Position numbers and translations under genes: made by a program | Assembly (NCBI GenBank): GCA_035483545.1 | Contig: DATHPS010000018.1 | Span: 745-64,744 of the forward strand | From: Solirubrobacteraceae bacterium | GTDB taxonomy: Bacteria > Actinomycetota > Thermoleophilia > Solirubrobacterales > Solirubrobacteraceae | DNA: 64,000 nucleotides | Direction of reading: 5' to 3' | In this document: positions 20,773-29,247 of the stretch, in pieces | Layout of the letters: each line of letters begins with the position of its first letter | How positions within the stretch are numbered: the first letter of the stretch is position 1 | The notes under the pieces: model-generated | Database searches by the model: none | Seen by the model: the letters and a program-made list of their open reading frames with translations, nothing else | Told to the model about the DNA's origin: nothing

Positions 20773-21333
20773 ATGGGAATGGCGACACATGCGGCCGGCA
20801 CCATCAGCGCTGAAGAACTGCTGCGGATACCCGACGACAGTCTGCGCCGCGAGCTCATCGCGGGGGTGCTGCGTGTGATGTCCCCCGCCGGAGCCGAGCA
20901 TGGTCGCGTCGCGATGACTGCGGGCCGGCTGCTGGGCACGCATGTCCACGAGGCGGGTCTCGGTGTCACCTTTGGCGCCGAGACGGGCTTCATCCTGTCG
21001 CGTGATCCGGACACGGTTCGCGCCCCGGACGCAGCGTTCATTACGCATGCGCACGTCGAGGCGATCGGCCGCACGGCGAAATACTGGCCGCAGGCGCCCG
21101 ATTTCGCCGTTGAGGTGGTCTCACCGGATGACAGTCGCCGCGAGGTCGAAAGCAAGGCGCTGGACTGGCTGCGTGGCGGCACCGCGGCGGTGCTCGTGCT
21201 CGACCCCCCCACGTGCACCGCCACCGTCTATCGCTCGCCTGATCAGATCACGCACTACGGCGCGGACGATGAGATCGACCTGCGCGACGCCGTGCCCGGC
21301 TGGCGTGTGGCCGCGGCCGACCTCTTCGACTGA
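20773..21333 (+). CDS. Uma2-family (DUF820) endonuclease
   Basis: RELIAG..MSPAGAEHG, RAPDAAF, APDFAVEVVSP. Confidence 0.9.
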   Translation: MGMATHAAGTISAEELLRIPDDSLRRELIAGVLRVMSPAGAEHGRVAMTAGRLLGTHVHEAGLGVTFGAETGFILSRDPDTVRAPDAAFITHAHVEAIGRTAKYWPQAPDFAVEVVSPDDSRREVESKALDWLRGGTAAVLVLDPPTCTATVYRSPDQITHYGADDEIDLRDAVPGWRVAAADLFD

Positions 21334-21355
21334 GGCGCGTCGCGCCGTGCCCGGC

Positions 21356-22357
21356 TCAGCCCGCGGGCCGCGAGAGCGTCAGCGCGAACAGATCGTCGGG
21401 GTCCGTGAACCAACGCACGAGCTGGAGGCCCGCGGCGTCGAGGTCGCCCTCCAAACGCTGCGGCGTGAACTTCGCGCTGATCTCCGTGCGCATCTCCTCG
21501 CCCGCGTCGAAATGCACCGACAGGTCGAGAGCCTGGACGGTCACCGTGTGGTCGCGGCGTGAGCGCAGGCGCATCTCGATCCACTCGTGGCGGTCGTCGA
21601 AGAGCGCGACGTGCTCGAAGTCGGCGGGGTCGAAGTCGGCGTCGAGCTCGCGATTGAGGACGTGCAGGACGTTGCGGTTGAACTCCGCGGTCACGCCCTC
21701 GGGGTCGTCGTAGGCGGCCTCGAGCACGCCCGCGTCCTTGACGAGGTCGGTGCCCATCAGGAGGTGATCGCGCGGGCCGAGCAGCGCGGCGATCTGGCGC
21801 AGGAAACGCCGGCGACTGCCCGGGGGGAAGTTGCCGATCGTGCCGCCAAGGAATACGACCAGGCGCGGGCCGGTGGCGTCGGGGACCCGGTCGAGGTGGC
21901 GCTCGAAGTCCCCGATCACGCCGTGCACGCGCAGACCCGGGTACTCGAGCGTGAGCTCATCCGCGCAGTCGCGGACCATCTGCTCGGTGACGTCGACCGG
22001 CACATACCGCGTGAGGGTGCCGGCCTCGTGCAGCGCATCGAGCAGGACGCGCGTCTTGGCGGCCGTGCCCGAGCCGAGCTCGACGAGCTCGACGGCGCCC
22101 GTCAGCGCCGCGAGCTCCACGGCGGCGTCGTCGAGGATCGCGCGCTCGGTGCGCGTCGGGTAGTACTCCGGTAGCTCGCAGATGCGGTCGAACAGCTCCG
22201 CCCCGCGCGCGTCATAGAAGTGCTTTGGCGGCAGCTCCTTGAAGGGCCGCGTCAGGCCGTCGAGCACATCCTCCGCGAGCGAGCGCTCCTCGGCGTCGCC
22301 GAGATGCGAGTCGATCTGGATCGCGACCGCGCCGGCTGGGTCCCTGACTGGCTCCAT
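21356..22357 (-). CDS. egtD: L-histidine N-alpha-trimethyltransferase
   Basis: KELPPKHFYD, PEYYPTRTE, ELGSG, LGGTIGN, AYDD..GVTAEFN, TEISAKF. Confidence 0.95.
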   Translation of the reverse strand: MEPVRDPAGAVAIQIDSHLGDAEERSLAEDVLDGLTRPFKELPPKHFYDARGAELFDRICELPEYYPTRTERAILDDAAVELAALTGAVELVELGSGTAAKTRVLLDALHEAGTLTRYVPVDVTEQMVRDCADELTLEYPGLRVHGVIGDFERHLDRVPDATGPRLVVFLGGTIGNFPPGSRRRFLRQIAALLGPRDHLLMGTDLVKDAGVLEAAYDDPEGVTAEFNRNVLHVLNRELDADFDPADFEHVALFDDRHEWIEMRLRSRRDHTVTVQALDLSVHFDAGEEMRTEISAKFTPQRLEGDLDAAGLQLVRWFTDPDDLFALTLSRPAG

Positions 22358-22385
22358 CAGACGTCCTCTCTGCGTGTCGGTGCTC

Positions 22386-23525
22386 TCATTGCGATACGTC
22401 TTGCGCGAGTCGCAGGCCCGCGAAGATCTGCCGACGCTGCGGGTGGTCCCAGTTGCGGAACGTCGCGCTCGCGACGCGCGGGCTTGCGGCCCACGAGCCG
22501 CCGCGCAGCACGAAGTAGTCGCCGCCGAAGAAGACCTCCGAGTACTCGCGATAGGGATACGCGACGAAGCCCGGGTAGCCGTCGAAGCGGCTGCGCGTCC
22601 ACTCCCACACGTAGCCGGTCCCCTCCAGCTGATCCGAGGTCGCCGCCCGCTCCCACTCCGCCTCGCTCGGGAGTCTCGCGCGGTGCGCGCGGGCGAAGGC
22701 GTCGGCCTCGAACCAGCTGACGTGACAGACCGGCGCTCGTGGGTCGCCGGTTGCCACCGCGGGATGGTGCGTGATGTCGTACTCCTCCTTCCACGCCCAG
22801 CCCTCGTCGCTCCACCACTCGCGGCGCTCGTAGCCGCCGCCCTCGCTGAAGCTGAGCCAGCTCGCGTTGGCGACCGGGTGGCGCGCGATGCGGAACGCGC
22901 CCAGCGCGACCGCGTGGCGCGGGCGCTCGTTGTCGTACGCGAAGCCCTCCGACGGCGCGCCCATCATGAAGTCCTCCGCGGGTATCTCGATCCAGCTCGC
23001 GACGTCGATCGCGGCGGTCGGGATCGACGCGGCCGGCGGCTCGCCCGCGGGCAGAATTCCGGCGAGCGCCATCGTCTGGCGCATCGTCTCGGTGTGCTGC
23101 AGCTCGTGGCGCAGGACGAGCTCGCCGAGCACGCCGTCGCCGACGCCGGTCCCCGCGAGCGCATCGACGACGCGCTCGCGGACCGCGCGCAGGTACGCGC
23201 GCGCGGCGGGCGCGTCGAGCAGCTCGACCTCGCCGCGCACCGCGCGCGGCGTCTCGAAGGCGTCGTAGAGCTCCGCGAGCTCCGGGCGCAGCAGCGGCAG
23301 GCCCGCGTGGCGGTGCGCGAGCCAGAGGTCCTCATAGGCCGCGATGTGCGCGAGGTCCCACACGAGCGGGCTCATGATCGGCGAGAGCGGGCGCTGCAGC
23401 GTCGCGTCGTCGAGGTGCGCCACCAGCGCGAGCGTCGCGCGGCGGACCTCGCTCAGGTCATCGAGCGTTGCGGCGACGAGCGAGTCCGACGCGGGGGCGT
23501 GGTCTTGAGGGATGGAGAGGGCCAT
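22386..23525 (-). CDS. egtB: Ergothioneine biosynthesis sulfoxide synthase
   Basis: MSPLVWDLAHI, HELQHTET, FGE-sulfatase domain, RNWDHPQRRQIFAG; adjacent to egtD. Confidence 0.88.
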   Translation of the reverse strand: MALSIPQDHAPASDSLVAATLDDLSEVRRATLALVAHLDDATLQRPLSPIMSPLVWDLAHIAAYEDLWLAHRHAGLPLLRPELAELYDAFETPRAVRGEVELLDAPAARAYLRAVRERVVDALAGTGVGDGVLGELVLRHELQHTETMRQTMALAGILPAGEPPAASIPTAAIDVASWIEIPAEDFMMGAPSEGFAYDNERPRHAVALGAFRIARHPVANASWLSFSEGGGYERREWWSDEGWAWKEEYDITHHPAVATGDPRAPVCHVSWFEADAFARAHRARLPSEAEWERAATSDQLEGTGYVWEWTRSRFDGYPGFVAYPYREYSEVFFGGDYFVLRGGSWAASPRVASATFRNWDHPQRRQIFAGLRLAQDVSQ

Positions 23526-23570
23526 AGCTCCAGACGCTCACTCAATGTACGACGTTTGCGCCACAACGGC

Positions 23571-24437
23571 TCACTCCGCGGGCGTGGCGTCGTCGGGATG
23601 GGATCCCGCGGCGGGAGCCGCGGCGTCGTCGGCGATCACGTGCAGGCGCCCCGAGGCCAGCAGACTCGCGGGCACGCGCGGGTCCGGGCCGGCGAGCACC
23701 GCGGCGAGCGCGTCGGCCTTGCCCGCGCCCGTCACGAGCAACAGGCTACGGCGCGCCGCGCGCAACACGGGCATGCTCAGCGTGCCCCGGTCCGGGGGCG
23801 GCTTCGGCGCGTCATGCACCGCGAGGCAGAGCGCGCCGCTGTCATCTTGCACCTCCGCGTGCCCCGGGAAGAGCGAAGCCGTGTGTCCGTCCTCCCCGAG
23901 TCCGAGCAGCGCGAGGTCGAGCGCCGGCAACGCGGAGGGTGCAGGCTGCCCGCCGGCGGGCGCGCTTCGTTGTCCGGCGGGGACGCTCCGTTGTCCGGCG
24001 GGGACGCTCCGTTGTTCGGCGAGGGCGCTCGGTTGTTCGGCGGGGCTACTCCGCGCGTCGGTGGGCGGCACGTGCTCGCGCAGCTCCACCGCGTAGGCCC
24101 GTGCGGCCTGCTCCGCGCCGAGCTCGCCGCGCATGCGGTGCTCGCGTGGGGGCGCGCCCCGGATGCGCGCCAGCAGCGACTCGACGACGAGGCGGTGGTT
24201 GCTCTCGGGGTCCTCCGGGTCCACGCAGCGCTCGTCGCCGTACCACAGCTCGATCGCGCTCCAATCCGGCAGCAGCTCCGCGAGCAGCTCGTACGCGCGC
24301 CGCGGCGTGTTACCGCCCGCGAGCGCGAAGTGCGCCGCACCGCGACGTTCGAGCGCCTCGCTCAGCGCGCGCGCGATCTCCTGCGCCGCGCGCGCCGCGG
24401 CGGCCTCGGGGTCGGCGAGGGTCGTCAGGTGCGTCAC
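23571..24437 (-). CDS. pgl: 6-phosphogluconolactonase with internal repeat insertion
   Basis: LAGGNTP, YGDERCV..ESN, LGLGEDGHTASLFP, PKPPPDR. Confidence 0.92.
   Translation of the reverse strand: MTHLTTLADPEAAAARAAQEIARALSEALERRGAAHFALAGGNTPRRAYELLAELLPDWSAIELWYGDERCVDPEDPESNHRLVVESLLARIRGAPPREHRMRGELGAEQAARAYAVELREHVPPTDARSSPAEQPSALAEQRSVPAGQRSVPAGQRSAPAGGQPAPSALPALDLALLGLGEDGHTASLFPGHAEVQDDSGALCLAVHDAPKPPPDRGTLSMPVLRAARRSLLLVTGAGKADALAAVLAGPDPRVPASLLASGRLHVIADDAAAPAAGSHPDDATPAE
23963..24046. repeat. Four imperfect 21-bp in-frame tandem repeats inside pgl
   Basis: CGCTCCGTTGTCCGGCGGGGA-type units starting at 23963, 23984, 24005, 24026; encode a 7-aa PAGQRSV-like repeat. Confidence 0.85.
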
Positions 24438-24468
24438 GGCGTTGACCTCGCGGCGCGGTGCGCGCCCC

Positions 24469-25587
24469 TCACGGCGCCAGCTCCGCTGCAGCCGCCAGCG
24501 CGGGGCCGTACGTCGGATCGCGCAGCAGCGCCTGGCGGATGCCCTCGCCGAGGATGCCCGCCTCGCCGCGCGAGGCACCGAGGATCGTCCATTCGCGCTC
24601 GCTACCCCGCGCGTCGCGACTGTAAGCGTGCAGGCCGCCGGGGCCGCGGTCCAGGCGCAGCGTACGTCCCGCGGCGGTCTCCAGCGCGAGTCCCGCGAGG
24701 CCGCGCACCTGCAGCTCCGGCGCCGCCTCCAGGCGCAGCGCGATTGGCTGGTCGGCTCCCTCGGCCCCGCCGGCGTTCGTGTCGTCGGCGTCGGCCTCGC
24801 CGCAACTCTCGGCGCGGGCCTCGCCGACGAGGCTGTGCTCGCGCGCGTGCAGCGGCTGCACCTCCCAGCCCAGGCGCGAGGCGAGCCAGCCGACGAGCAG
24901 CATTGCCGCGATCGCGGACTCCGGGTGGTGGCGGATCGCGACGTCCGCGATCGCGCGCAACTCGCGCCGGCGCGCCGGCGGGTCGAAGGTGGTCGCGATC
25001 CGCTCGCGCCACGGCGTCGAGCGCAGCCACGCGAGATCGACCACGTACGCGCGCTTGGAGAGCTCGCGCGCGCGCTCGATCGCGGCGCGGAAGTCGGGCT
25101 CGTCGACCGAGTCCAGCAGCACCGCCTGCGCGAGCCCGAGCAGCGCGTCGATGATCTCGTGGTGGCCGTGCGGGGACCACAGCAGCGTCGGCAGATCCGT
25201 CACGACCAGCGGATCCGCGATCGTCGCGAGATCGTCGAGGTGGCGGTCGCCGAGCTCGACGACGACGGTCTCGCGCAGCAGGCTCAGCTCCCCCGGGCGC
25301 GGGTCGCCCTCGGAGGCGACCGTCGCGCGCGCGTCCAGACGCTCGCGGCCGGGCTCGTAGGAGAGCACCACCAGGCGCGAGGCGTGGAAGCGCCCGACGC
25401 CGCGCAAGCGGTTGGCGATCTCGCCGCTCCACTCGCGATCGACGAACGCGATCATGTTCAGCGCGCGCGCCGGCACGAAGCCGCCGTTCTCGGCGTGGCG
25501 CTCGGCCAGCAGGCCGCGCAGGGCCGCTTCGATCCGGTCGGGCGTCGTGCCCTGCTCACTCCAGACCGCGTCGCTGACGGCGGGCAT
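24469..25587 (-). CDS. opcA: Glucose-6-phosphate dehydrogenase assembly protein OpcA
   Basis: HASR, DLPTLLW, DLAWLRSTPWRE, LVGWLASRLGW; between zwf and pgl with TGATG coupling. Confidence 0.88.
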   Translation of the reverse strand: MPAVSDAVWSEQGTTPDRIEAALRGLLAERHAENGGFVPARALNMIAFVDREWSGEIANRLRGVGRFHASRLVVLSYEPGRERLDARATVASEGDPRPGELSLLRETVVVELGDRHLDDLATIADPLVVTDLPTLLWSPHGHHEIIDALLGLAQAVLLDSVDEPDFRAAIERARELSKRAYVVDLAWLRSTPWRERIATTFDPPARRRELRAIADVAIRHHPESAIAAMLLVGWLASRLGWEVQPLHAREHSLVGEARAESCGEADADDTNAGGAEGADQPIALRLEAAPELQVRGLAGLALETAAGRTLRLDRGPGGLHAYSRDARGSEREWTILGASRGEAGILGEGIRQALLRDPTYGPALAAAAELAP

Positions 25588-27137
25588 CAGATCGCGCGCC
25601 AGCTGTGGCCTTCGCGCAGGATGCTTGCCGCCTCCGGCGGGCCCTGCGAACCCGCTTCGTACTGTGGCAGCGGTCCCGGCGCGGCTTCCCACGCTTTGAC
25701 GATCGGGTCGCAGATCTGCCACTGCGCCTCGACCTCGTCGTTACGCGTGAACAGCGTCGGGTCGCCGCGCATCGCATCCATGATCAGGCGCTCGTACGCC
25801 TCCGGCGACTGCGAGAGAAACGCCGTCCCATACAGGAACTCCATGTTCACCGGGCGGATGATCATGCGCGTCCCCGGGATCTTCGCGCCGAGCTGCAGCG
25901 AGACGCCCTCGTTGGGCTGCAGCGTCAGGATCAGCTGGTTGGGGCGGATCCCCAGCGAGCCCTCCTGATTGAAGGCAAGGTGCGGAACGGGCTTGAGCGT
26001 GATCGCGATCTCGGTGATCTTGCGCGCCAGGCGCTTGCCGGCGCGCAGGTAGAACGGCACGCCCGCCCAGCGCCAGTTGTCCACTTCCAGGCGCAGCGCC
26101 GCGAAGGTCTCCGTGTTGGAATGCTCGCGCACGCCCTCCTCTTCGAGGTAGCCACGTACGTCCTCGCCGCCCGCGTGACCCGCGCCATACTGGGCGCGCA
26201 GCGCCATCTCCGATATCTCCGGCGCACGCGGCGCGTGGATCGCCTGCAGGATCTTCACCTTCTCGTTGCGCACCTCCTCGGAGGTGAAGTTCACCGGCGG
26301 CTCCATCGCGACGTGGCACAGCAGCTGCAGCATGTGGTTCTGAATCAGATCGCGCAGCGCGCCCGCGTGGTCGTAGTAGCCCGCGCGGCTGCCGATGCCG
26401 ATGTCCTCCGCCGCCGTGATCTGCACGTGTTCGATGTAGTTGCGGTTCCACAGCGGCTCGAACATGCCGTTCGCGAAGCGGAACGCCAGCATGTTCTGCA
26501 CCGTCTCCTTACCCAGGTAGTGATCGATGCGGAATACCTGCTGCTCCTCGAACACCGCGAGCACCTCGCGGTTGAGCTCCTCGGCCTCCGCCAGCGACGT
26601 CCCGAACGGCTTCTCGATGATCACGCGCACCTCCGCGTCCTCGTGCCGCGCGAGACCCTGCTTGCCGAGTGCCTGCACGATCACCGGGAAGAAGCTCGGC
26701 GCCGTCGAGAGATAGAACGCGCGATTCAGCGCTTCGCCCTCGCGCTCCTCGAACTCGCCGAGCACCTTCTCGAGCTCCTCGTAGACCGACTCCTCGTCGA
26801 AGGTGCCCGGCACGTAGCGCACGTCCTCCAGCAGCCCCGCGAGCACGTCCGCGTCCGGCGTGCGCCGCGAGAACGCGCGGATCGCCTCCTCGCACTCCGC
26901 GCGATAGTCGTCGTGCTCCTTCTCTTTGCGCGAGACCCCCACGAGGTGAAAGCGCTCCGGCAGCGCGCCCTCGTGCGCGAGGTTGTACAGCGCCGGCAGC
27001 AGCTTGCGCCGCGCCAGGTCGCCCGTCGCGCCGAAGATCACCAGCGTCGTCGGGCTCACCGGCAGCCGCTCCAGGCCCGCGACGAGCGGGTTCTCCGGCT
27101 CGTCCGCCACCGCCGCCCCCGCCGGCGCGTCGCTCAT
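25587..27137 (-). CDS. zwf: Glucose-6-phosphate 1-dehydrogenase
   Basis: FGATGDLARRKLLP, EKPFG, RIDHYLGKE, RWAGVPFYLRAGK. Confidence 0.96.
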   Translation of the reverse strand: MSDAPAGAAVADEPENPLVAGLERLPVSPTTLVIFGATGDLARRKLLPALYNLAHEGALPERFHLVGVSRKEKEHDDYRAECEEAIRAFSRRTPDADVLAGLLEDVRYVPGTFDEESVYEELEKVLGEFEEREGEALNRAFYLSTAPSFFPVIVQALGKQGLARHEDAEVRVIIEKPFGTSLAEAEELNREVLAVFEEQQVFRIDHYLGKETVQNMLAFRFANGMFEPLWNRNYIEHVQITAAEDIGIGSRAGYYDHAGALRDLIQNHMLQLLCHVAMEPPVNFTSEEVRNEKVKILQAIHAPRAPEISEMALRAQYGAGHAGGEDVRGYLEEEGVREHSNTETFAALRLEVDNWRWAGVPFYLRAGKRLARKITEIAITLKPVPHLAFNQEGSLGIRPNQLILTLQPNEGVSLQLGAKIPGTRMIIRPVNMEFLYGTAFLSQSPEAYERLIMDAMRGDPTLFTRNDEVEAQWQICDPIVKAWEAAPGPLPQYEAGSQGPPEAASILREGHSWRAI

Positions 27138-28102
27138 CGGCGCTTGCCGCCCTGCTTCGCTGGCGGCGCGCTCTGCACGGCGTGCCCGCCGAACTGGTTG
27201 CGCAGCGCGGCGAGCACGCGATGGGCGAAGTCGCCGTTGCCGCGCGAGTACAGGCGCGAGTACAGCGAGGCCGTGATCACCGGCGTCGGCACGTCGCGCG
27301 CGGTCGCCTCCGCGATCGTCCAGCGGCCCTCGCCGGAGTCCGCGGTGTAGCCGGTCAGCGCGTGCAGGTCGTTGCCGTCCGCTTCGAACGCGCGCGCCGC
27401 GAGTTCGCACAGCCACGAGCGCACCACCGAGCCCTGACCCCAGAGGTGCGCGATCTTCGCGTTGTCGAGCTCGTACTCGCACTTGTCGAAGAGGTCGAAG
27501 CCCTCCGCATAGGCCTGCATCAGGCCGTACTCGACGCCGTTGTGCACCATCTTCACGAAGTGCCCCGCGCCCGCCGGGCCGAAGTGCAACCAGCCCCGCG
27601 GCCCGATCGCGCCGCGGCTGACGTCGTTGGTCTCCGGCGCGAGTACGTCGAGGATCGGTGCGAGTCGCCCCACCGCCTTGTTCGGGCCGCCGACCATCAT
27701 GCAGTAGCCGACTTCCAGTCCCCACACGCCGCCCGAGGTGCCCACGTCGACGTAATGGATGCCCGCTTTTTTCAGTTCCGCCGCGCGGCGCTTGTCGTCG
27801 GTCCACTTGCTGTTGCCGCCGTCGACGATCGTGTCGTCGCGCTGCAGCAGCTTCGCGAGCCGGTCGATCGTGCGCTGCGTGATCTCGCCGGCGGGCAGCA
27901 TCAGCCACACGATCCGCGGGCCGCGCAGCTCCTTGACGAGGTCCGTCAATGCGTTCGCGCCGACCGCGCCATCCTTCACCGCGCGTTTGACCGCGTCGCG
28001 ATCGGAATCGAAGGCCACCACTTCGTGGTCGGAGTCGCGGCAGATGCGGTGCACCATGTTCTCGCCCATCTTGCCGAGTCCGACGAAGCCGATCTGGGTC
28101 AC
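27134..28102 (-). CDS. gnd: 6-phosphogluconate dehydrogenase, decarboxylating (short form)
   Basis: GLGKMG, DGGNS, DVGTSGG, VKMVHNGVEY, DSGEGRW, LRNQFGGH. Confidence 0.95.
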   Translation of the reverse strand: MTQIGFVGLGKMGENMVHRICRDSDHEVVAFDSDRDAVKRAVKDGAVGANALTDLVKELRGPRIVWLMLPAGEITQRTIDRLAKLLQRDDTIVDGGNSKWTDDKRRAAELKKAGIHYVDVGTSGGVWGLEVGYCMMVGGPNKAVGRLAPILDVLAPETNDVSRGAIGPRGWLHFGPAGAGHFVKMVHNGVEYGLMQAYAEGFDLFDKCEYELDNAKIAHLWGQGSVVRSWLCELAARAFEADGNDLHALTGYTADSGEGRWTIAEATARDVPTPVITASLYSRLYSRGNGDFAHRVLAALRNQFGGHAVQSAPPAKQGGKRR

Positions 28103-28183
28103 AGCTACTCCTCTGGTGTAGGTTTCGCGCGCACGCCGCAACAAAGGTACCCGCTTGCGCCCCGCCACCACCCGCTAACGCAG

Positions 28184-29191
28184 ATGAGCCCCGACCCCAG
28201 CCACCAACGTCCCGATCGCAACCTCGCGCTCGAGCTCGTGCGCGTCACCGAGGCCGCCGCGCTCGCCGCCGCGCGGCTCGTCGGCAAAGGCGACAAGGAG
28301 GCCGCCGACCAGGCCGCCGTCGACGGCATGCGCTACGCGCTGCACTCGATCCAGATGGACGGCCTCGTCGTGATCGGCGAGGGCGAGAAGGACGAGGCGC
28401 CGATGCTCTACAACGGCGAGCGCATCGGCGACGGCTCGCCGCCCGAGGTCGACATCGCCGTCGACCCGCTCGAGGGCACGACGCTCGCCGCGCACGGCAT
28501 GCCGAGCGCGCTCGCCGTGATCGCGCTCTCCGCGCGCGGCACGATGTTCGACCCGGGGCCGTGCGTCTACATGGAAAAGCTCGCCGGCTCGCCCGAGATT
28601 GCCGACCTGCTCGACCTCGACCGCCCGCTGCCCGAGACGCTGCAGCTGATCGCCGCGCGCAAGGGCACCGACATCGGCGACGTGATGGTCGTCGTGCTCG
28701 ATCGCCCGCGCCACGAGCGGGGGATCAAGGCGATTCGCGAGGCCGGCGCGCGCGTGCGCCTGATCGCCCACGGCGACGTCTCCGCCTCACTGCTCGCCGT
28801 CACCGAGCGCTCGCCGGTCGACCTGCTCTGGGGCATCGGCGGCACCCCCGAGGGCGTCATCTCCGCCGCCGCGATCAAGTGCCTCGGCGGCCAGCTGCTC
28901 GGGCGCCTGTGGCCCCGCGACGAGCACGAGCGCCGCGCCGCGCTCGACGCCGGCTATGACCTGCAGCGCGTGCTCGACCGCGACGACCTCGTCGCCGGCG
29001 AGGACGTGTTCTTCTCCGCGACCGGCATCACCGACGGCGACGTCCTGCAGGGCGTGCGCTACCCCAGCGCCGGCGGCGCCAGCACCGAATCGCTCGTCAT
29101 GCGCACCCGCTCCGGCACCGTGCGCCGCGTCAGCGCCCGCCACGACCGCGCCAAGCTCCGCGCGCTCTACGGCGACGCGCGCTTCGCCTAG
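28184..29191 (+). CDS. glpX: Class II fructose-1,6-bisphosphatase
   Basis: ELVRVTEAAA, VIGEGEKDEAPML, DPLEGT, GGTPEGV, ATGITDG. Confidence 0.96.
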   Translation: MSPDPSHQRPDRNLALELVRVTEAAALAAARLVGKGDKEAADQAAVDGMRYALHSIQMDGLVVIGEGEKDEAPMLYNGERIGDGSPPEVDIAVDPLEGTTLAAHGMPSALAVIALSARGTMFDPGPCVYMEKLAGSPEIADLLDLDRPLPETLQLIAARKGTDIGDVMVVVLDRPRHERGIKAIREAGARVRLIAHGDVSASLLAVTERSPVDLLWGIGGTPEGVISAAAIKCLGGQLLGRLWPRDEHERRAALDAGYDLQRVLDRDDLVAGEDVFFSATGITDGDVLQGVRYPSAGGASTESLVMRTRSGTVRRVSARHDRAKLRALYGDARFA

Positions 29192-29247
29192 CGCTGCACC
29201 TTCCTTCGCGCGAGCGAGCCATCCCAAGCCGTGCCTACGTTTGGGGG

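Noticed and set aside
22386-23525. Selenoneine synthase SenA
   Set aside because: No senB or selD neighbours, and adjacency to egtD fits EgtB.
22239-25154. 971-aa plus-strand ORF and other long Arg/Ala/Pro-rich ORFs (e.g. 34327-36366, 37127-38809, 52556-54193, 60408-62114)
   Set aside because: These are antisense or alternative-frame shadows of well-supported genes in high-GC DNA, with no recognisable motifs.
25587-29191. Apparent long N-terminal fusions on Zwf (773 aa) and GlpX (840 aa)
   Set aside because: The extensions overlap gnd or zwf; the real starts are at 27137 and 28184. The FtsZ extension differs because it has its own RBS and overlaps parA by only 14 nt.
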